A DNA stretch of 64,000 nt from Bacteroidales bacterium UBA1197 (GCA_002309995.1 DBYB01000051.1:678-64677), one strand, 5' to 3'. Positions 1 to 9,099 are shown, numbered from the stretch's first letter. Translations and numbers: made by a program. The notes: generated by a model not told the origin, from the sequence alone.

Positions 1-26
1 AAACCGGCAAACTGCATTTACGTTAC

Positions 27-965
27 GTGAAGCTCAATAATACTATATATCTTCTCATCCTGACATTAGTTCCGTCTCTTGTCCTCTCCGGCTGCCTGGG
101 CACGGAATACTATGATGTTGCCACCGATGAAATATTAACGCCGGAGGGCATTACCAACGTAATCCCGCAAGAGGGCGCTGCGCTTGAAATTGAGTTGACG
201 TATGAATTTGAGTATTACACCAAATTCGAGCCGGGCCGGCGTTTTAAGCAATATCGCTACAGGGTATATATCAATGACCGGCCGTATTGCTTTGGCGTCA
301 CTGCGGATGAAAGCCAAAGGGTTACTATCCCGATAATGGAGAACGATTCCCATACCCCGGCCACGATTGTAGTCGAAGGGGCCAAGGCTCTGGACTATAA
401 CGTCAATCCGGAACAATGGGATACCTGGCACGAACTCTACCGTGGCACCCAGGAATGCCTCCCGGAATCTGAAAGTCTCCGATACCCTGACTTCGAGGAC
501 TGGCGATTGATTGTAAGGATAGACGGCAAAGATTATCCGTTCGTATTGTACGAAACCGGAGCCGGCGAGGTGCTTAAGCGCCACCTGTTCGGCCGCAAGG
601 TCTCTATACCGATCAGTCTTAACGACAACTACATTTATCCATTGGTCGACGACGGTTTTGTAAAAGAACTTAACGGTATTATCCCACCAAACTTTGGCGC
701 CGTAAACGAGAGGCAGAAAGCCGGAAATCTATACATAAGTCCCTACGGAGAACTACATATATGCCTTCATAACCACACGATTACAGGCTATGACTCAGAG
801 ATCGGCTTCTGCTCCCCCGAATATAAAGATGCTCTAAAGAAGCTCTATCCCGGCTGGCATGGCTATGTGCAGTCGGAGATGACTCTGTTCCTGGAAGAGC
901 CAACTAACGCTATGGCTAACGATATAGCTAACTCTTACCGCTTCTGCAGCTGGCATATGCATTAA
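27..965 (+). CDS. Hypothetical lipoprotein with probable C-terminal cyclophilin-like fold
   Basis: Lipobox VLSGC after a hydrophobic N-terminus. The C-terminal segment (IVRIDGKDYPFVL...AGNLYISPYGELHICL...YDSEIG) resembles cyclophilin-like fold proteins. GTG start. Confidence 0.55.
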   Translation: MKLNNTIYLLILTLVPSLVLSGCLGTEYYDVATDEILTPEGITNVIPQEGAALEIELTYEFEYYTKFEPGRRFKQYRYRVYINDRPYCFGVTADESQRVTIPIMENDSHTPATIVVEGAKALDYNVNPEQWDTWHELYRGTQECLPESESLRYPDFEDWRLIVRIDGKDYPFVLYETGAGEVLKRHLFGRKVSIPISLNDNYIYPLVDDGFVKELNGIIPPNFGAVNERQKAGNLYISPYGELHICLHNHTITGYDSEIGFCSPEYKDALKKLYPGWHGYVQSEMTLFLEEPTNAMANDIANSYRFCSWHMH

Positions 966-1036
966 TACTAACATTTGCACACCCCGCGTGGAATGCGAAC
1001 TATGTGGGCAGAAACAAAGTGGAACCGTAAAAAGTG

Positions 1037-1087
1037 AGACTTTTTCGGCAGCATCCTTTGTTTACTGCCAAAAATGTCTTATTTTTG
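1037..1087 (+). promoter_or_regulatory. Bacteroidetes sigma-A promoter overlapped by an inverted-repeat operator upstream of abiE
   Basis: TTTG at 1057-1060 and TATTTTTG at 1080-1087. Inverted repeat AGACTTTTTCGGCAG (1037-1051) / CTGCCAAAAATGTCT (1065-1079), 13/15 match. Confidence 0.6.
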
Positions 1088-1106
1088 CACCCAGATTCTG
1101 TGAACG

Positions 1107-1844
1107 ATGACCACAACGGAAAGGATCATACAGTACGCGACCCTGCAGCAGGGGCCCTTCAAGAAGAAGGACCTTGCCGCCTGGCTGTCCAATGCCTCCG
1201 GAGCGGCTGATACCAGTCTGCAGAAGCAGCTGGAGCGCCTGGTCGCATCCGGCCGGCTCACCAAGGCAGGATGGGGTGCATACCAGCTCAGCACAGCGTC
1301 CAAGCCCCGGTACTTCCTTACCTTGAAGCCGCAGACCCAGGAGATGGGCGCATACCTCCGGCAACGCTACCGGCTGGCCGATTTCTGCATCTGGGACGCC
1401 TCCAGCGTTATCCCCTTTATGCTCCACGTGCCCAATATCAACATGGTCATTGTGGACGTAGAGCGCTATCTGCAAGAGTCCTTCCCGGACGCCCTCCGGG
1501 AGAAATATCCAAGCCTGCCGGTCCTTCCCAATCCCAGCCGGGAAGAGTTCTTCAAATTCGGCAGTACCGCTGGCTGCATCGTCCTGCATACCCTCACCAC
1601 CGAATCCCCGCTGGACAGCTTTGAAGGCATCCCCGTCCCGCAGATAGAGAAGATGCTGGTGGACATCGTCCTCAACCCGGAATTCGACTTTCTCCAAGGC
1701 AGCGAACTCAATCGTGTTTACCAGGAAGCCTTCTCCTCTTACGCCATCTCCCGCCCCCGCCTGCTCCGCTACGCCCAGCGCCGCGGCTGCCTGGACAAAA
1801 TACAGCAACTGATAGACCGTACAACCAACATCAACCATGATTGA
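1107..1844 (+). CDS. Type IV TA antitoxin, AbiEi-like (DUF6577-like)
   Basis: N-terminal wHTH-like segment (LERLVASGRLTKAGWGAYQL), PQIEKMLVD and LLRYAQRRG motifs. Overlaps the downstream nucleotidyltransferase toxin. Confidence 0.75.
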   Translation: MTTTERIIQYATLQQGPFKKKDLAAWLSNASGAADTSLQKQLERLVASGRLTKAGWGAYQLSTASKPRYFLTLKPQTQEMGAYLRQRYRLADFCIWDASSVIPFMLHVPNINMVIVDVERYLQESFPDALREKYPSLPVLPNPSREEFFKFGSTAGCIVLHTLTTESPLDSFEGIPVPQIEKMLVDIVLNPEFDFLQGSELNRVYQEAFSSYAISRPRLLRYAQRRGCLDKIQQLIDRTTNINHD

Positions 1845-2904
1845 CCCCAGAAGCAGAAGCCTGGAATGGATTGAGCAGGCAAAGCAGCATATCCCCGGAG
1901 TATCCGACACACCCCTTGTAGAGAAAGCCATCCGCGCCCTCTCACTGCTGGAATCCCTCGTCCGTTCCGGCTGCCCCTTCATCTTCAAAGGCGGTACGGC
2001 CCTGATGCTCCACCTGGACACCTCCAGACGACTCTCCATCGACGTGGACATCGTCTGCCCTCCCGGCACGGACATCACACAATACCTGGGCAAGTTCGGC
2101 CAGGAATACGGCTTTACCGGCGCAGAAGAGATTGAGCGCATTTCCCGTACCGGCGTCCCCAAATCCCACGCCGAATACCACTACGCCGTCACGTACCCAT
2201 CGGGCCATCCTACCGACAAGATCCTGCTGGACGTCCTGTACGAAGACATACACTACAATCAGGTCGTAAATCTTCCAATCGCAAGTCCGATGCTCATCCA
2301 GGACGGCGCCCCCGTTACGGTTCCGTGCCCCAGCCTGGCCGATATGCTGGGAGACAAACTTACCGCTTTCGCCCCTCACACCACCGGCATCCCGTTCTTC
2401 AAGCACGAAGACCCCTTCTTCATGGAAATCATGAAGCAGCTCTACGACATCAGTTCCATCCTGGACCGCATCGACGACCTCTCCGCCGTCCGGAAGACCT
2501 ACGCCGAAATCGTCCCCATTGAACTGGGCTACAGGAAGCTGGAAAACCTCACCGAGGCCGATGTCCTGAATGACACCTACCAGTGCGCCATGAACATCTG
2601 CCTCCGCGGTGCCCTGGACCGGACCGAATTCAGCTACTATGCCGACGGTGCCCGACGCGTCAACTCCTTCATCATCCCCGAATCCTACAACGCCGACGTC
2701 GCCATCCGCGACGCCGCCAAAGTGGCCTACCTGGTCCGCCTCATCCAAACCGGCGCCAATGTGGTCAAGCACTATAGCCCCGAGATGGACACCGAACTGG
2801 CCGCTGCGCTCATTGAGGACCAGTCCCTGAACAAGCTCAACCGAGTGAAGAAAATCAGCCTGGAAGCCTTCTTCTACTGCCGAGAACTGGAGCAGATCAA
2901 ATAG
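1837..2904 (+). CDS. AbiEii/AbiGii-family nucleotidyltransferase toxin
   Basis: FIFKGGTALML...RRLSIDVD, DKLTAF and KQLYD motifs; paired with the antitoxin. Confidence 0.85.
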   Translation: MIDPRSRSLEWIEQAKQHIPGVSDTPLVEKAIRALSLLESLVRSGCPFIFKGGTALMLHLDTSRRLSIDVDIVCPPGTDITQYLGKFGQEYGFTGAEEIERISRTGVPKSHAEYHYAVTYPSGHPTDKILLDVLYEDIHYNQVVNLPIASPMLIQDGAPVTVPCPSLADMLGDKLTAFAPHTTGIPFFKHEDPFFMEIMKQLYDISSILDRIDDLSAVRKTYAEIVPIELGYRKLENLTEADVLNDTYQCAMNICLRGALDRTEFSYYADGARRVNSFIIPESYNADVAIRDAAKVAYLVRLIQTGANVVKHYSPEMDTELAAALIEDQSLNKLNRVKKISLEAFFYCRELEQIK

Positions 2905-2928
2905 GCTCCAGCCGTCAACTCCCAATTC

Positions 2929-3166
2929 TGTTCATTATCTGTACTGTGTTCATTATTATTGAACACTACTTACGTGATGAACATAATGGAAGATGAAGTA
3001 CTGCAATATCACACATTTCGAAAAATCCGAACAGATATCCGAACACTATTTTGGAAATCAAAGTAAACGGAGGGAAATTATCGAGTATATTTTTCGCTGA
3101 ATTTCAATGATTTAAGAAACTGACGGAAACTGCAGGAAACTCTGAACATTTAGCCTTCCGCACCGC
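2929..3166. mobile_element. Probable right attachment end (attR) of an integrative element or genomic island
   Basis: AT-rich noncoding DNA with short repeats: TGTTCATTAT x2, ATCCGAACA x2, and GAAACT x3 at 10-bp spacing. It ends in CCTTCCGCACCGC (3154-3166), which resembles a tRNA 3' end and is followed directly by a terminator. Confidence 0.55.
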
Positions 3167-3200
3167 GAAAACCCCTGAGTTTCAGGGGTTTTCTTCGTTT
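3167..3200 (+). terminator. Intrinsic terminator
   Basis: Perfect 12-bp stem GAAAACCCCTGA-gtt-TCAGGGGTTTTC followed by a T-rich tail. Confidence 0.8.
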
Positions 3201-3228
3201 ATACACATTTTTTTCTGATACAAATACC

Positions 3229-3378
3229 TCCGAGTCCATAAACCACAAGATGTGGCCAACCGACTGGGTCAACACCAACGGAGACTTTGGATTAGCTTTC
3301 CCCCAGGCCATCGACCGTATGAAAAAGGCTTATGCCGACCGTCTCGCCACCCTGGAAAAAGCAATCGAAGCCCTTTGA
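3229..3378 (+). pseudogene. 3' remnant resembling the C-terminus of a CotH-kinase-family protein
   Basis: Reads SESINHKMWPTDWVNTNGDFGLAFPQAIDRMKKAYADRLATLEKAIEAL*, with no 5' part of the gene. Confidence 0.45.
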
Positions 3379-3409
3379 TGCAACCAAAAGAATAGTTACT
3401 TTTGCGAAA

Positions 3410-4054
3410 ATGAGCACTGTAATGAAAAGATTCTTATGCATACTCGCCGCGATGGCAACGGCCGTAGCGGCCCTGGCCCAGACACCCGAGGAGATAGTCT
3501 CCAGGATGGATGAGGCAATGAGCAAATTCAACGCGAACGACGGCGTATCGATGGCCATTGATATCAAAATGCCGATAATCGGCACGATGTCTTCGAAAAA
3601 CTGGAGCCGCGGCGGCAAATCCAGGATGGAGAGCGAGGTGGGTGGAGTCAAGGCCATAGTATGGGACGACGGCGTCACCCAGTGGAGATACAACGGCCAG
3701 AAGAATGAAATCGAGATAGAGAACTCGAAGGTAAAGGCCAAGGAGAGTTCCGAGCCGAAAGGAGACATCGGACTGTTCGACGGTATCTGCGACGGTTATG
3801 ATTTGACCATCGAAAAGGAAACCGACAAGGCCTGGTTCATCAAGTGCAAGAAGAGTAAGTCCAACAAGGACAAGGATTCGCCCAAGAAGATGAGCCTGGT
3901 GGTCGCCAAGGCCGACTACTTCCCCATCAGCCTCAGTATGAGCGACTCCGGAGTGGCATTCACGATGAGGGACATCTCCTTCGGAGTGAGCGAAAAGGAC
4001 GTCACCTTCAACCAGGCCGACTACCCCGACGCCACGATAATCGACAAGCGGTAG
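3410..4054 (+). CDS. LolA-like outer-membrane lipoprotein carrier/sorting fold protein
   Basis: Signal peptide MKRFLCILAAMATAVAALAQ; WDDGVTQWRYN motif; C-terminal FNQADYPDATIIDKR. Promoter TACTTTTG at 3397-3404. Start is 3410 or 3422, not 3332. Confidence 0.65.
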   Translation: MSTVMKRFLCILAAMATAVAALAQTPEEIVSRMDEAMSKFNANDGVSMAIDIKMPIIGTMSSKNWSRGGKSRMESEVGGVKAIVWDDGVTQWRYNGQKNEIEIENSKVKAKESSEPKGDIGLFDGICDGYDLTIEKETDKAWFIKCKKSKSNKDKDSPKKMSLVVAKADYFPISLSMSDSGVAFTMRDISFGVSEKDVTFNQADYPDATIIDKR

Positions 4055-4060
4055 CTATTC
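4023..4060. repeat. Direct repeat, copy 1 (copy 2 at 5230-5267)
   Basis: 36/38 identity, including a perfect 25-bp core GATAATCGACAAGCGGTAGCTATTC. Confidence 0.9.
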
Positions 4061-4086
4061 CTGCTGCTCCTTTATCGGTTATGTCT

Positions 4087-4200
4087 GTCACGAAATCCAC
4101 CTGGAGCCGCTACTGTGTATCTCGTGCCACGGAAATGGCCGTTTTCGAGGGTTTTGACGTCACGAAATCCACGCAGAGCCTCTCAGATTGATTTCGCGTC
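4087..4200. repeat. Degenerate REP-like palindromic doublet
   Basis: GTCACGAAATCCAC at 4087-4100 and 4159-4172, each followed by an imperfect inverted copy (GTGTATCTCGTGCC; TTGATTTCGCGTC). Confidence 0.6.
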
Positions 4201-4248
4201 AGGCACAGCAAGATGTATGTTCATTTTTACATCATATCTGAAGTAAGT

Positions 4249-5247
4249 ATGCGCAAAGCATTGATCCCACTCTTTATCACGTTGCTTGCAGGAGTCTGCT
4301 GCACGCCGAGTCAGAAAGCAGAATCCGCTCTGCCGAGGTTGATAATAGAAACCGATATGGGCAATGATATCGACGACGCCCTGGCACTAGCGCTTGCTCT
4401 TCGTGCCGTGGATAACGGGCAGGCATCGCTGCTTGCAGTAGGCTGTCACAAAAAAAGCGCTACCGCTGCAGCATTCACCGACGCCGTGTGTACCTGGTAT
4501 GGCCATCCGGAAGTGGAAGTGGCAATGAGTACCACTCCAGTTCAGGAATTCTCAGACTATGTGGACTATACCGTTTGTGAAAATGATTTCCAAAAATCGC
4601 GCACGGAGTATCCCGAGCCGGTGGCACTTTACCGCAGGATTCTGGCCTCCCAGCCGGACAAGTCCGTGACTTTCGTAAGCCTAGGCTTCGGCACTACGCT
4701 GGCGCAACTGCTTGATAGCGGCCCCGATGAGTATTCTCCTCTGGCAGGAGTGGATCTAGTGAAAAAAAAGACCGCCGGCCTGAGCATTATGGCAGGCAGC
4801 TACGGCGAGAATAAGCGCGCCGAATACAATGTCGTCAATGACATCCCCGCGATGCAAAAGGTGTTTGCACAATGGCCTACCGCCATTTGGCAGAATCCCT
4901 TCGAGATTGGCAAGCAGACTATGTACCCGGGAGCCATAATAGAGCGGAATTTTGGATACAGCGAGCCAAATCCGGTAGTGGAAGCATACAAACTCTATCG
5001 CCAGATGCCTTACGACCGTCCCAGTTGGGATATCCTAAGCGTGCTTTACACCGTTCAACCCGAGTTGTTTACCAATAGCGTTGCTGGCACGGTCAGTGTG
5101 GACGACGATGGTTACACCTGGTTTACGCCGGACGATAAGGGCCTGCACCGGGTACTGAGCGCCACGCTGGACCAGCCCCAGGCCATTATGAAGGCCGAGC
5201 AGGATATGACCTTTAACGACTCGGACCTGACCCCGACACCAAGATAA
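4249..5247 (+). CDS. Nucleoside hydrolase (IUNH) family lipoprotein
   Basis: LIIETDMGNDIDDALAL motif, AEYNV and RPSWD motifs; lipoprotein-like signal AGVCC. Confidence 0.8.
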   Translation: MRKALIPLFITLLAGVCCTPSQKAESALPRLIIETDMGNDIDDALALALALRAVDNGQASLLAVGCHKKSATAAAFTDAVCTWYGHPEVEVAMSTTPVQEFSDYVDYTVCENDFQKSRTEYPEPVALYRRILASQPDKSVTFVSLGFGTTLAQLLDSGPDEYSPLAGVDLVKKKTAGLSIMAGSYGENKRAEYNVVNDIPAMQKVFAQWPTAIWQNPFEIGKQTMYPGAIIERNFGYSEPNPVVEAYKLYRQMPYDRPSWDILSVLYTVQPELFTNSVAGTVSVDDDGYTWFTPDDKGLHRVLSATLDQPQAIMKAEQDMTFNDSDLTPTPR

Positions 5248-5267
5248 TCGACAAGCGGTAGCTATTC
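5230..5267. repeat. Direct repeat, copy 2
   Basis: Matches 4023-4060. Confidence 0.9.
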
Positions 5268-5930
5268 AGCAACAGGCTGAACCACTCGCGCAGGAACCTC
5301 GACCAGGAGGTCAGATTCGGACATTTTCTGGGGATTCGTGCCCGGAACGCCCTGGGGGACCTCCATTCCAAGCTGACCGAAAAGCCATTCCCAGTAGGGC
5401 GGCATTGTGCCGTCCGGCGCCAGCCAGTTCATCGGTTCACTCTGGAACACCGGCTGCCCGTCGGCATCCAGGTAGGACGCCTGGACCAGTTCGGAACAGT
5501 ATAATTCCTCATTGTCCGGAAGGAATCTGACGTCATATCCCCTGCCGCAGAAGGTCTTCGCCTTCTCCACGGCGGCATCGGCATCAACACCCTTGACGCG
5601 CTTGACGATGAACTCCGGATAGCTGCCGTCATTCAGCGTGAAATCCCTCAGGAAGGTATCAAGCGGATGCCGGTCAACTCCGTGCGCAATCGTGGCGTCG
5701 ATAATCCATACGCTGTCGGCCTTCACTTCGGCAATGGCTACGTGAATCAGATTCAAAAAACCTTCATCACCCGTAGCCGCAGATATCGCCGCATCCATCG
5801 ATCCGCCCTCCGCATCATAATCAGCAGGAAGCCCCACAAAAATCAAGTCCCCGTTGCGGAGCCTGTCACTCCCCTTTCCGCAGCCGAATGCGACAACCGC
5901 CGCCGCCAATATCAGAATTATCTTTTTCAT
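5262..5930 (-). CDS. YiiX/YebB-like permuted NlpC/P60 cysteine hydrolase lipoprotein
   Basis: LRNGDLIF, HVAI, YD...LYCSELV, and WEWLFGQLGMEVPQGVPGTNP motifs; lipobox AFGC. Confidence 0.85.
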   Translation of the reverse strand: MKKIILILAAAVVAFGCGKGSDRLRNGDLIFVGLPADYDAEGGSMDAAISAATGDEGFLNLIHVAIAEVKADSVWIIDATIAHGVDRHPLDTFLRDFTLNDGSYPEFIVKRVKGVDADAAVEKAKTFCGRGYDVRFLPDNEELYCSELVQASYLDADGQPVFQSEPMNWLAPDGTMPPYWEWLFGQLGMEVPQGVPGTNPQKMSESDLLVEVPARVVQPVAE

Positions 5931-5966
5931 AATACAAAGCATTTAAGGAGCAATTCGCCCACAATG

Positions 5967-6006
5967 CAAATATACAACTGTTTCTCCGTTATTTCCATTA
6001 TATTTG
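5967..6006. promoter_or_regulatory. Divergent TAnnTTTG promoters
   Basis: CAAATATA (minus strand) at 5967-5974 and TATATTTG at 5999-6006. Confidence 0.6.
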
Positions 6007-6016
6007 CAACTGAGAT

Positions 6017-6547
6017 ATGGAACAAAGCATAGACAAATATCGCGAGAGCCTCACCCAATACCTGCTTGAGGTATGCACCGGAAGCGGCTACCTGAAAGGG
6101 ACGCTTCTCAGCTCGCCAGACATAGATGAAGCCTGGATGCGTTACGCACCCTCGTTCTACGGCGACGCGGTCCGCGAATTCAACAAATACCCGGAGTTCT
6201 GCCTGGGTTGCGCCGGATACCTTGGAATGGCCGTGGCTTATTACTGGGACAAGGATTGGGAAAAGTACCGCACTGCACCATACGCCTGTTTCAAAGGAGA
6301 AAGAGGCTTTGACGATATGGACGACCATATCGCCGACAACATCCTCCGGGACCGCAAGCACAGCACCCCGGCCATGGAATCCACCGCCGCAGCCGCTTAT
6401 CATTTCCTGATGCGCGAAAGCCCCGAGCCGGGCACTGCCGACGCCTACCGCAAGTTCCTCGTCACCGAAGAAGTGATGTTCAAAACCGGCGCCGCCATCG
6501 AACTCAGCCGCCTCGGCTACAAATTCGAAGAAATCAACCAGGGTTAA
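6017..6547 (+). CDS. Hypothetical protein of Bacteroidales type
   Basis: Clean ORF with host-like codon usage and an upstream promoter; YLGMAVAYYWDKDW and RGFDDMDDHI motifs. Confidence 0.75.
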   Translation: MEQSIDKYRESLTQYLLEVCTGSGYLKGTLLSSPDIDEAWMRYAPSFYGDAVREFNKYPEFCLGCAGYLGMAVAYYWDKDWEKYRTAPYACFKGERGFDDMDDHIADNILRDRKHSTPAMESTAAAAYHFLMRESPEPGTADAYRKFLVTEEVMFKTGAAIELSRLGYKFEEINQG

Positions 6548-6582
6548 TCCCTATCCAGATTCTTCCCTCCCCGACCGTGCCC

Positions 6583-6664
6583 GAGGGTCCAACGCTTGGA
6601 CCCTCAGATACGATAATGGGGTGTTTTTGTGGCTGAGGGTTCAGGCGTTGGACCCTCAGCCACA
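6583..6664. repeat. REP/REPIN-like inverted palindrome doublet
   Basis: GAGGGTCCAACGCTTGGACCCTC (6583-6605) and an inverted copy GAGGGTTCAGGCGTTGGACCCTC inside a 13-bp-arm hairpin (6628-6664). Confidence 0.75.
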
Positions 6665-6755
6665 GCATCGTAATACTCTACCCACCCCCAGCAGCCGCTG
6701 AGGAGAAGGGAGACCAAAATAACGACAAATAACGGTTGCCCGAGTCTCATGTATC

Positions 6756-7471
6756 TTATCTTTTATTAGCCTCTTCGCACGCACGTTTCACTTCTGACAT
6801 CATAGCTTCGAAAGAGTAAAAAATCACCTTCTTTAAGTCCCATGATCTGCCAGGGTCGTAGTATGACTTCAAGTCATAAGTATTGTCATCGGAATCGTAA
6901 TTATAATATATTGCAACTCCATTTTGAAATTTGACGCATCCGTCTTTGCTGTAATACCCGTTACTGCGGACAGCTCCGGAAGGACGGGTGCGCTCGATAA
7001 TCTTCCATCCGCCACGATCACCACTTTCTAAGGGAGAATTCCCATGCCGCACTGCCGAATCGCTATTTTCATTCGCAAGACTGCTTAAATATGCCGGATA
7101 CAGCAAATTGTAATACTCTTCTGCTTCAGGTGTGAGTTGAGTTGTCCATGATCCCCATCTCCCGTTATGCATAATGCGCATCTCCCGTTGCCTGGTACGC
7201 ACCTGGATAAAGTCATTATACCTACTGCTGGAATCATAGTCTTCACCGGTGAAATAAACAGAATACCCGTTATCCTTGTAGCTCTTATCGTCCTCGAAAT
7301 TGTACAATTCGATCACGCCCTTGACACTCAGGTCATTGCGGCCGTTAAAAACGCCTCTGTGACGTAAAGAATAGGTACCTTCGAAACGGAGTGTCACCCC
7401 TTGTACGTGGGCTGAGCCAACACGTTCAAGCATAAGGAGATACTAAGCAATAACAGGAGAAAACGATTCAT
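6756..7471 (-). pseudogene. Secreted hypothetical protein, frameshifted after its signal peptide
   Basis: ATG 7471 gives MNRFLLLLLSISLCLNVLAQPTYKG*. One extra G in the G4 run (7397-7400) joins it to the 6756-7433 ORF (...KGVTLRFEG). Lower GC than the flanks. Confidence 0.6.
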
Positions 7472-7492
7472 ATCAGTCAATAAAACAGACTC

Positions 7493-7987
7493 TTACGCAT
7501 CGGCGAAGGTGCGGCCGTCGGAGAGGACGACGCGGAGTTTGGTGTACTCGCAGTGGAAGTCGTTCTGCAGGCGGTCGAGGTAACGGCGGGCCTCCCATTT
7601 GCACATCGGGAGGTCGTGGAGGAGGCAGTTGCCGCAGGTCTCCGGCGTGGTGGCCGGCACCTCGTCCTGCGTGAGGATCCACTCCAGGCAATCGATGGTG
7701 AGCCTGCGCATATCCTCCACACTGTAGTTGCCGGTCATGATGATGTACATACCGGTGAGGCAGCCCATCGGGCCGACATAGACCACGTCGTCCTTGGCGC
7801 TGGAATTGCGGAACCAGGTGGCCATCAGGTGCTCTATGCTGTGCATGGCCGACGGAGCCACCGCCGGCTCGCGGTTGGGCTCCGTAATACGCAGGTCGAA
7901 CGTAGTGAACCCCCTGTCTTCGCGGGACACGTAGATGCCCGGCTTCAGACGGGTATGGTCGATGGTAAAACTCTGGATTACTTCCAT
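7493..7987 (-). CDS. luxS: S-ribosylhomocysteine lyase
   Basis: SFTIDHT, HSIEH, GPMGCLTGMY and CGN motifs. Confidence 0.95.
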   Translation of the reverse strand: MEVIQSFTIDHTRLKPGIYVSREDRGFTTFDLRITEPNREPAVAPSAMHSIEHLMATWFRNSSAKDDVVYVGPMGCLTGMYIIMTGNYSVEDMRRLTIDCLEWILTQDEVPATTPETCGNCLLHDLPMCKWEARRYLDRLQNDFHCEYTKLRVVLSDGRTFADA

Positions 7988-9024
7988 GCTTCAAAAGTAA
8001 AGTCGTCCCAAGGGAGTTCGGCGTCCTTGCCCTCATCGAGCACTGCAGCCACGTGGCACAGCATAGGGAAATCCTTAAGGCAGACCTGGCCAAGTTCGGC
8101 CTTCTTCACCACCGCCTTGTAAACGCGGCGGGAGACCACCAGGCTCTCCAGCGTTACACCGGCCAGGATGTTGAGCGCCTCCTCGTAGGTCTTGCCCTCG
8201 CCCAGCAGGATACCAATCTTGCGGGTGCGGCCGCCGTACACTGTAACATAAAGGTCGCCGATACCGATGTTGACGCAGTCCTCGTCGGCTCCCTGAATCG
8301 CCAGCAGTTTGCGCATCTCCTTGGTTGCCTGATAGAAGGCGCCCGCCTGGGAATTGAAGTGCAGGCCAGCCTCGGGGCCGTTGGCGCGGTTCACCAGGCC
8401 GATGGTCAGCGCGATGCCGAGGGCGTAGCCGTTCTTGAGGGCAACGGCACTCTCCAGGCAGACCACGTCGTTGGTAAGGGAGATATGGTAATAGGAGGTC
8501 TTCATCGCCTCCTTCATCATACGGAGTTCATCCTTATCAACGCCGCAGAACGCGACCTCGGAATGGTCGTGATAGACCAGCTCATAAGAGGTGCACGGGC
8601 CGCCGATGGCGCTGACGTGACGCTTGATGCCCTTCTTGGCGAGTTCCCTATGCCAGTAGTCGGGATAGGAAATCAGGGTGCCGTCTTCCAGGTTGATCAG
8701 ACCTTTGGTGACCGACAGCACGGGCATCGCGGGATCCATCTTGGCCAGCACTTCCTCGAGGAACCAGTCCACGCCGAAAGAAGACACGCCGCCGATAACG
8801 AAATCGGCGCCTTCAATCGCCTCGCGCCACTCTTCGAACTGATAATACTTCACGCCCGCCGGGAAATCCCTTTCGAATTTGGGGTGGCGGCCGGTCTTCT
8901 TGCTGGTCTCGATAATTTCGCGGTCCAGAGGAGTACCGACGAGTGCTACTTCGTTTCCGTTTTCACGTGCCGGGAAAGCGAGGGCTGAGCCCATCATTCC
9001 CGCTCCGATGATTGCAATTTTCAT
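7978..9024 (-). CDS. gpsA: NAD(P)H-dependent glycerol-3-phosphate dehydrogenase
   Basis: GAGMMG Rossmann motif; TKG, GGP, ALKNGYA and GIGDLYVT..GGR motifs. Confidence 0.85.
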   Translation of the reverse strand: MKIAIIGAGMMGSALAFPARENGNEVALVGTPLDREIIETSKKTGRHPKFERDFPAGVKYYQFEEWREAIEGADFVIGGVSSFGVDWFLEEVLAKMDPAMPVLSVTKGLINLEDGTLISYPDYWHRELAKKGIKRHVSAIGGPCTSYELVYHDHSEVAFCGVDKDELRMMKEAMKTSYYHISLTNDVVCLESAVALKNGYALGIALTIGLVNRANGPEAGLHFNSQAGAFYQATKEMRKLLAIQGADEDCVNIGIGDLYVTVYGGRTRKIGILLGEGKTYEEALNILAGVTLESLVVSRRVYKAVVKKAELGQVCLKDFPMLCHVAAVLDEGKDAELPWDDFTFEAWK

Positions 9025-9052
9025 GGCTAAGTAATCTGTATAAAATTATCTT

Positions 9053-9080
9053 CAAATATAGCACTTTTTTCGTATATTTG
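9053..9080. promoter_or_regulatory. Divergent promoters for gpsA and umuDC
   Basis: CAAATATA at 9053-9060 and TATATTTG at 9073-9080. Confidence 0.6.
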
Positions 9081-9099
9081 ACCCTACAACACTGAACAG

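Noticed and set aside
912-965. Tail MANDIANSYRFCS as the start of a separate decayed small gene
   Set aside because: Too short to support without a database search.
3140-3170. Possible tRNA gene
   Set aside because: Only a 13-nt 3'-end-like piece is present, with no TTCG loop or cloverleaf; treated as an att scar.
4087-6664. Short repeats as a possible CRISPR array
   Set aside because: Only two copies of each, partly inverted, with no regular spacers and no cas genes.
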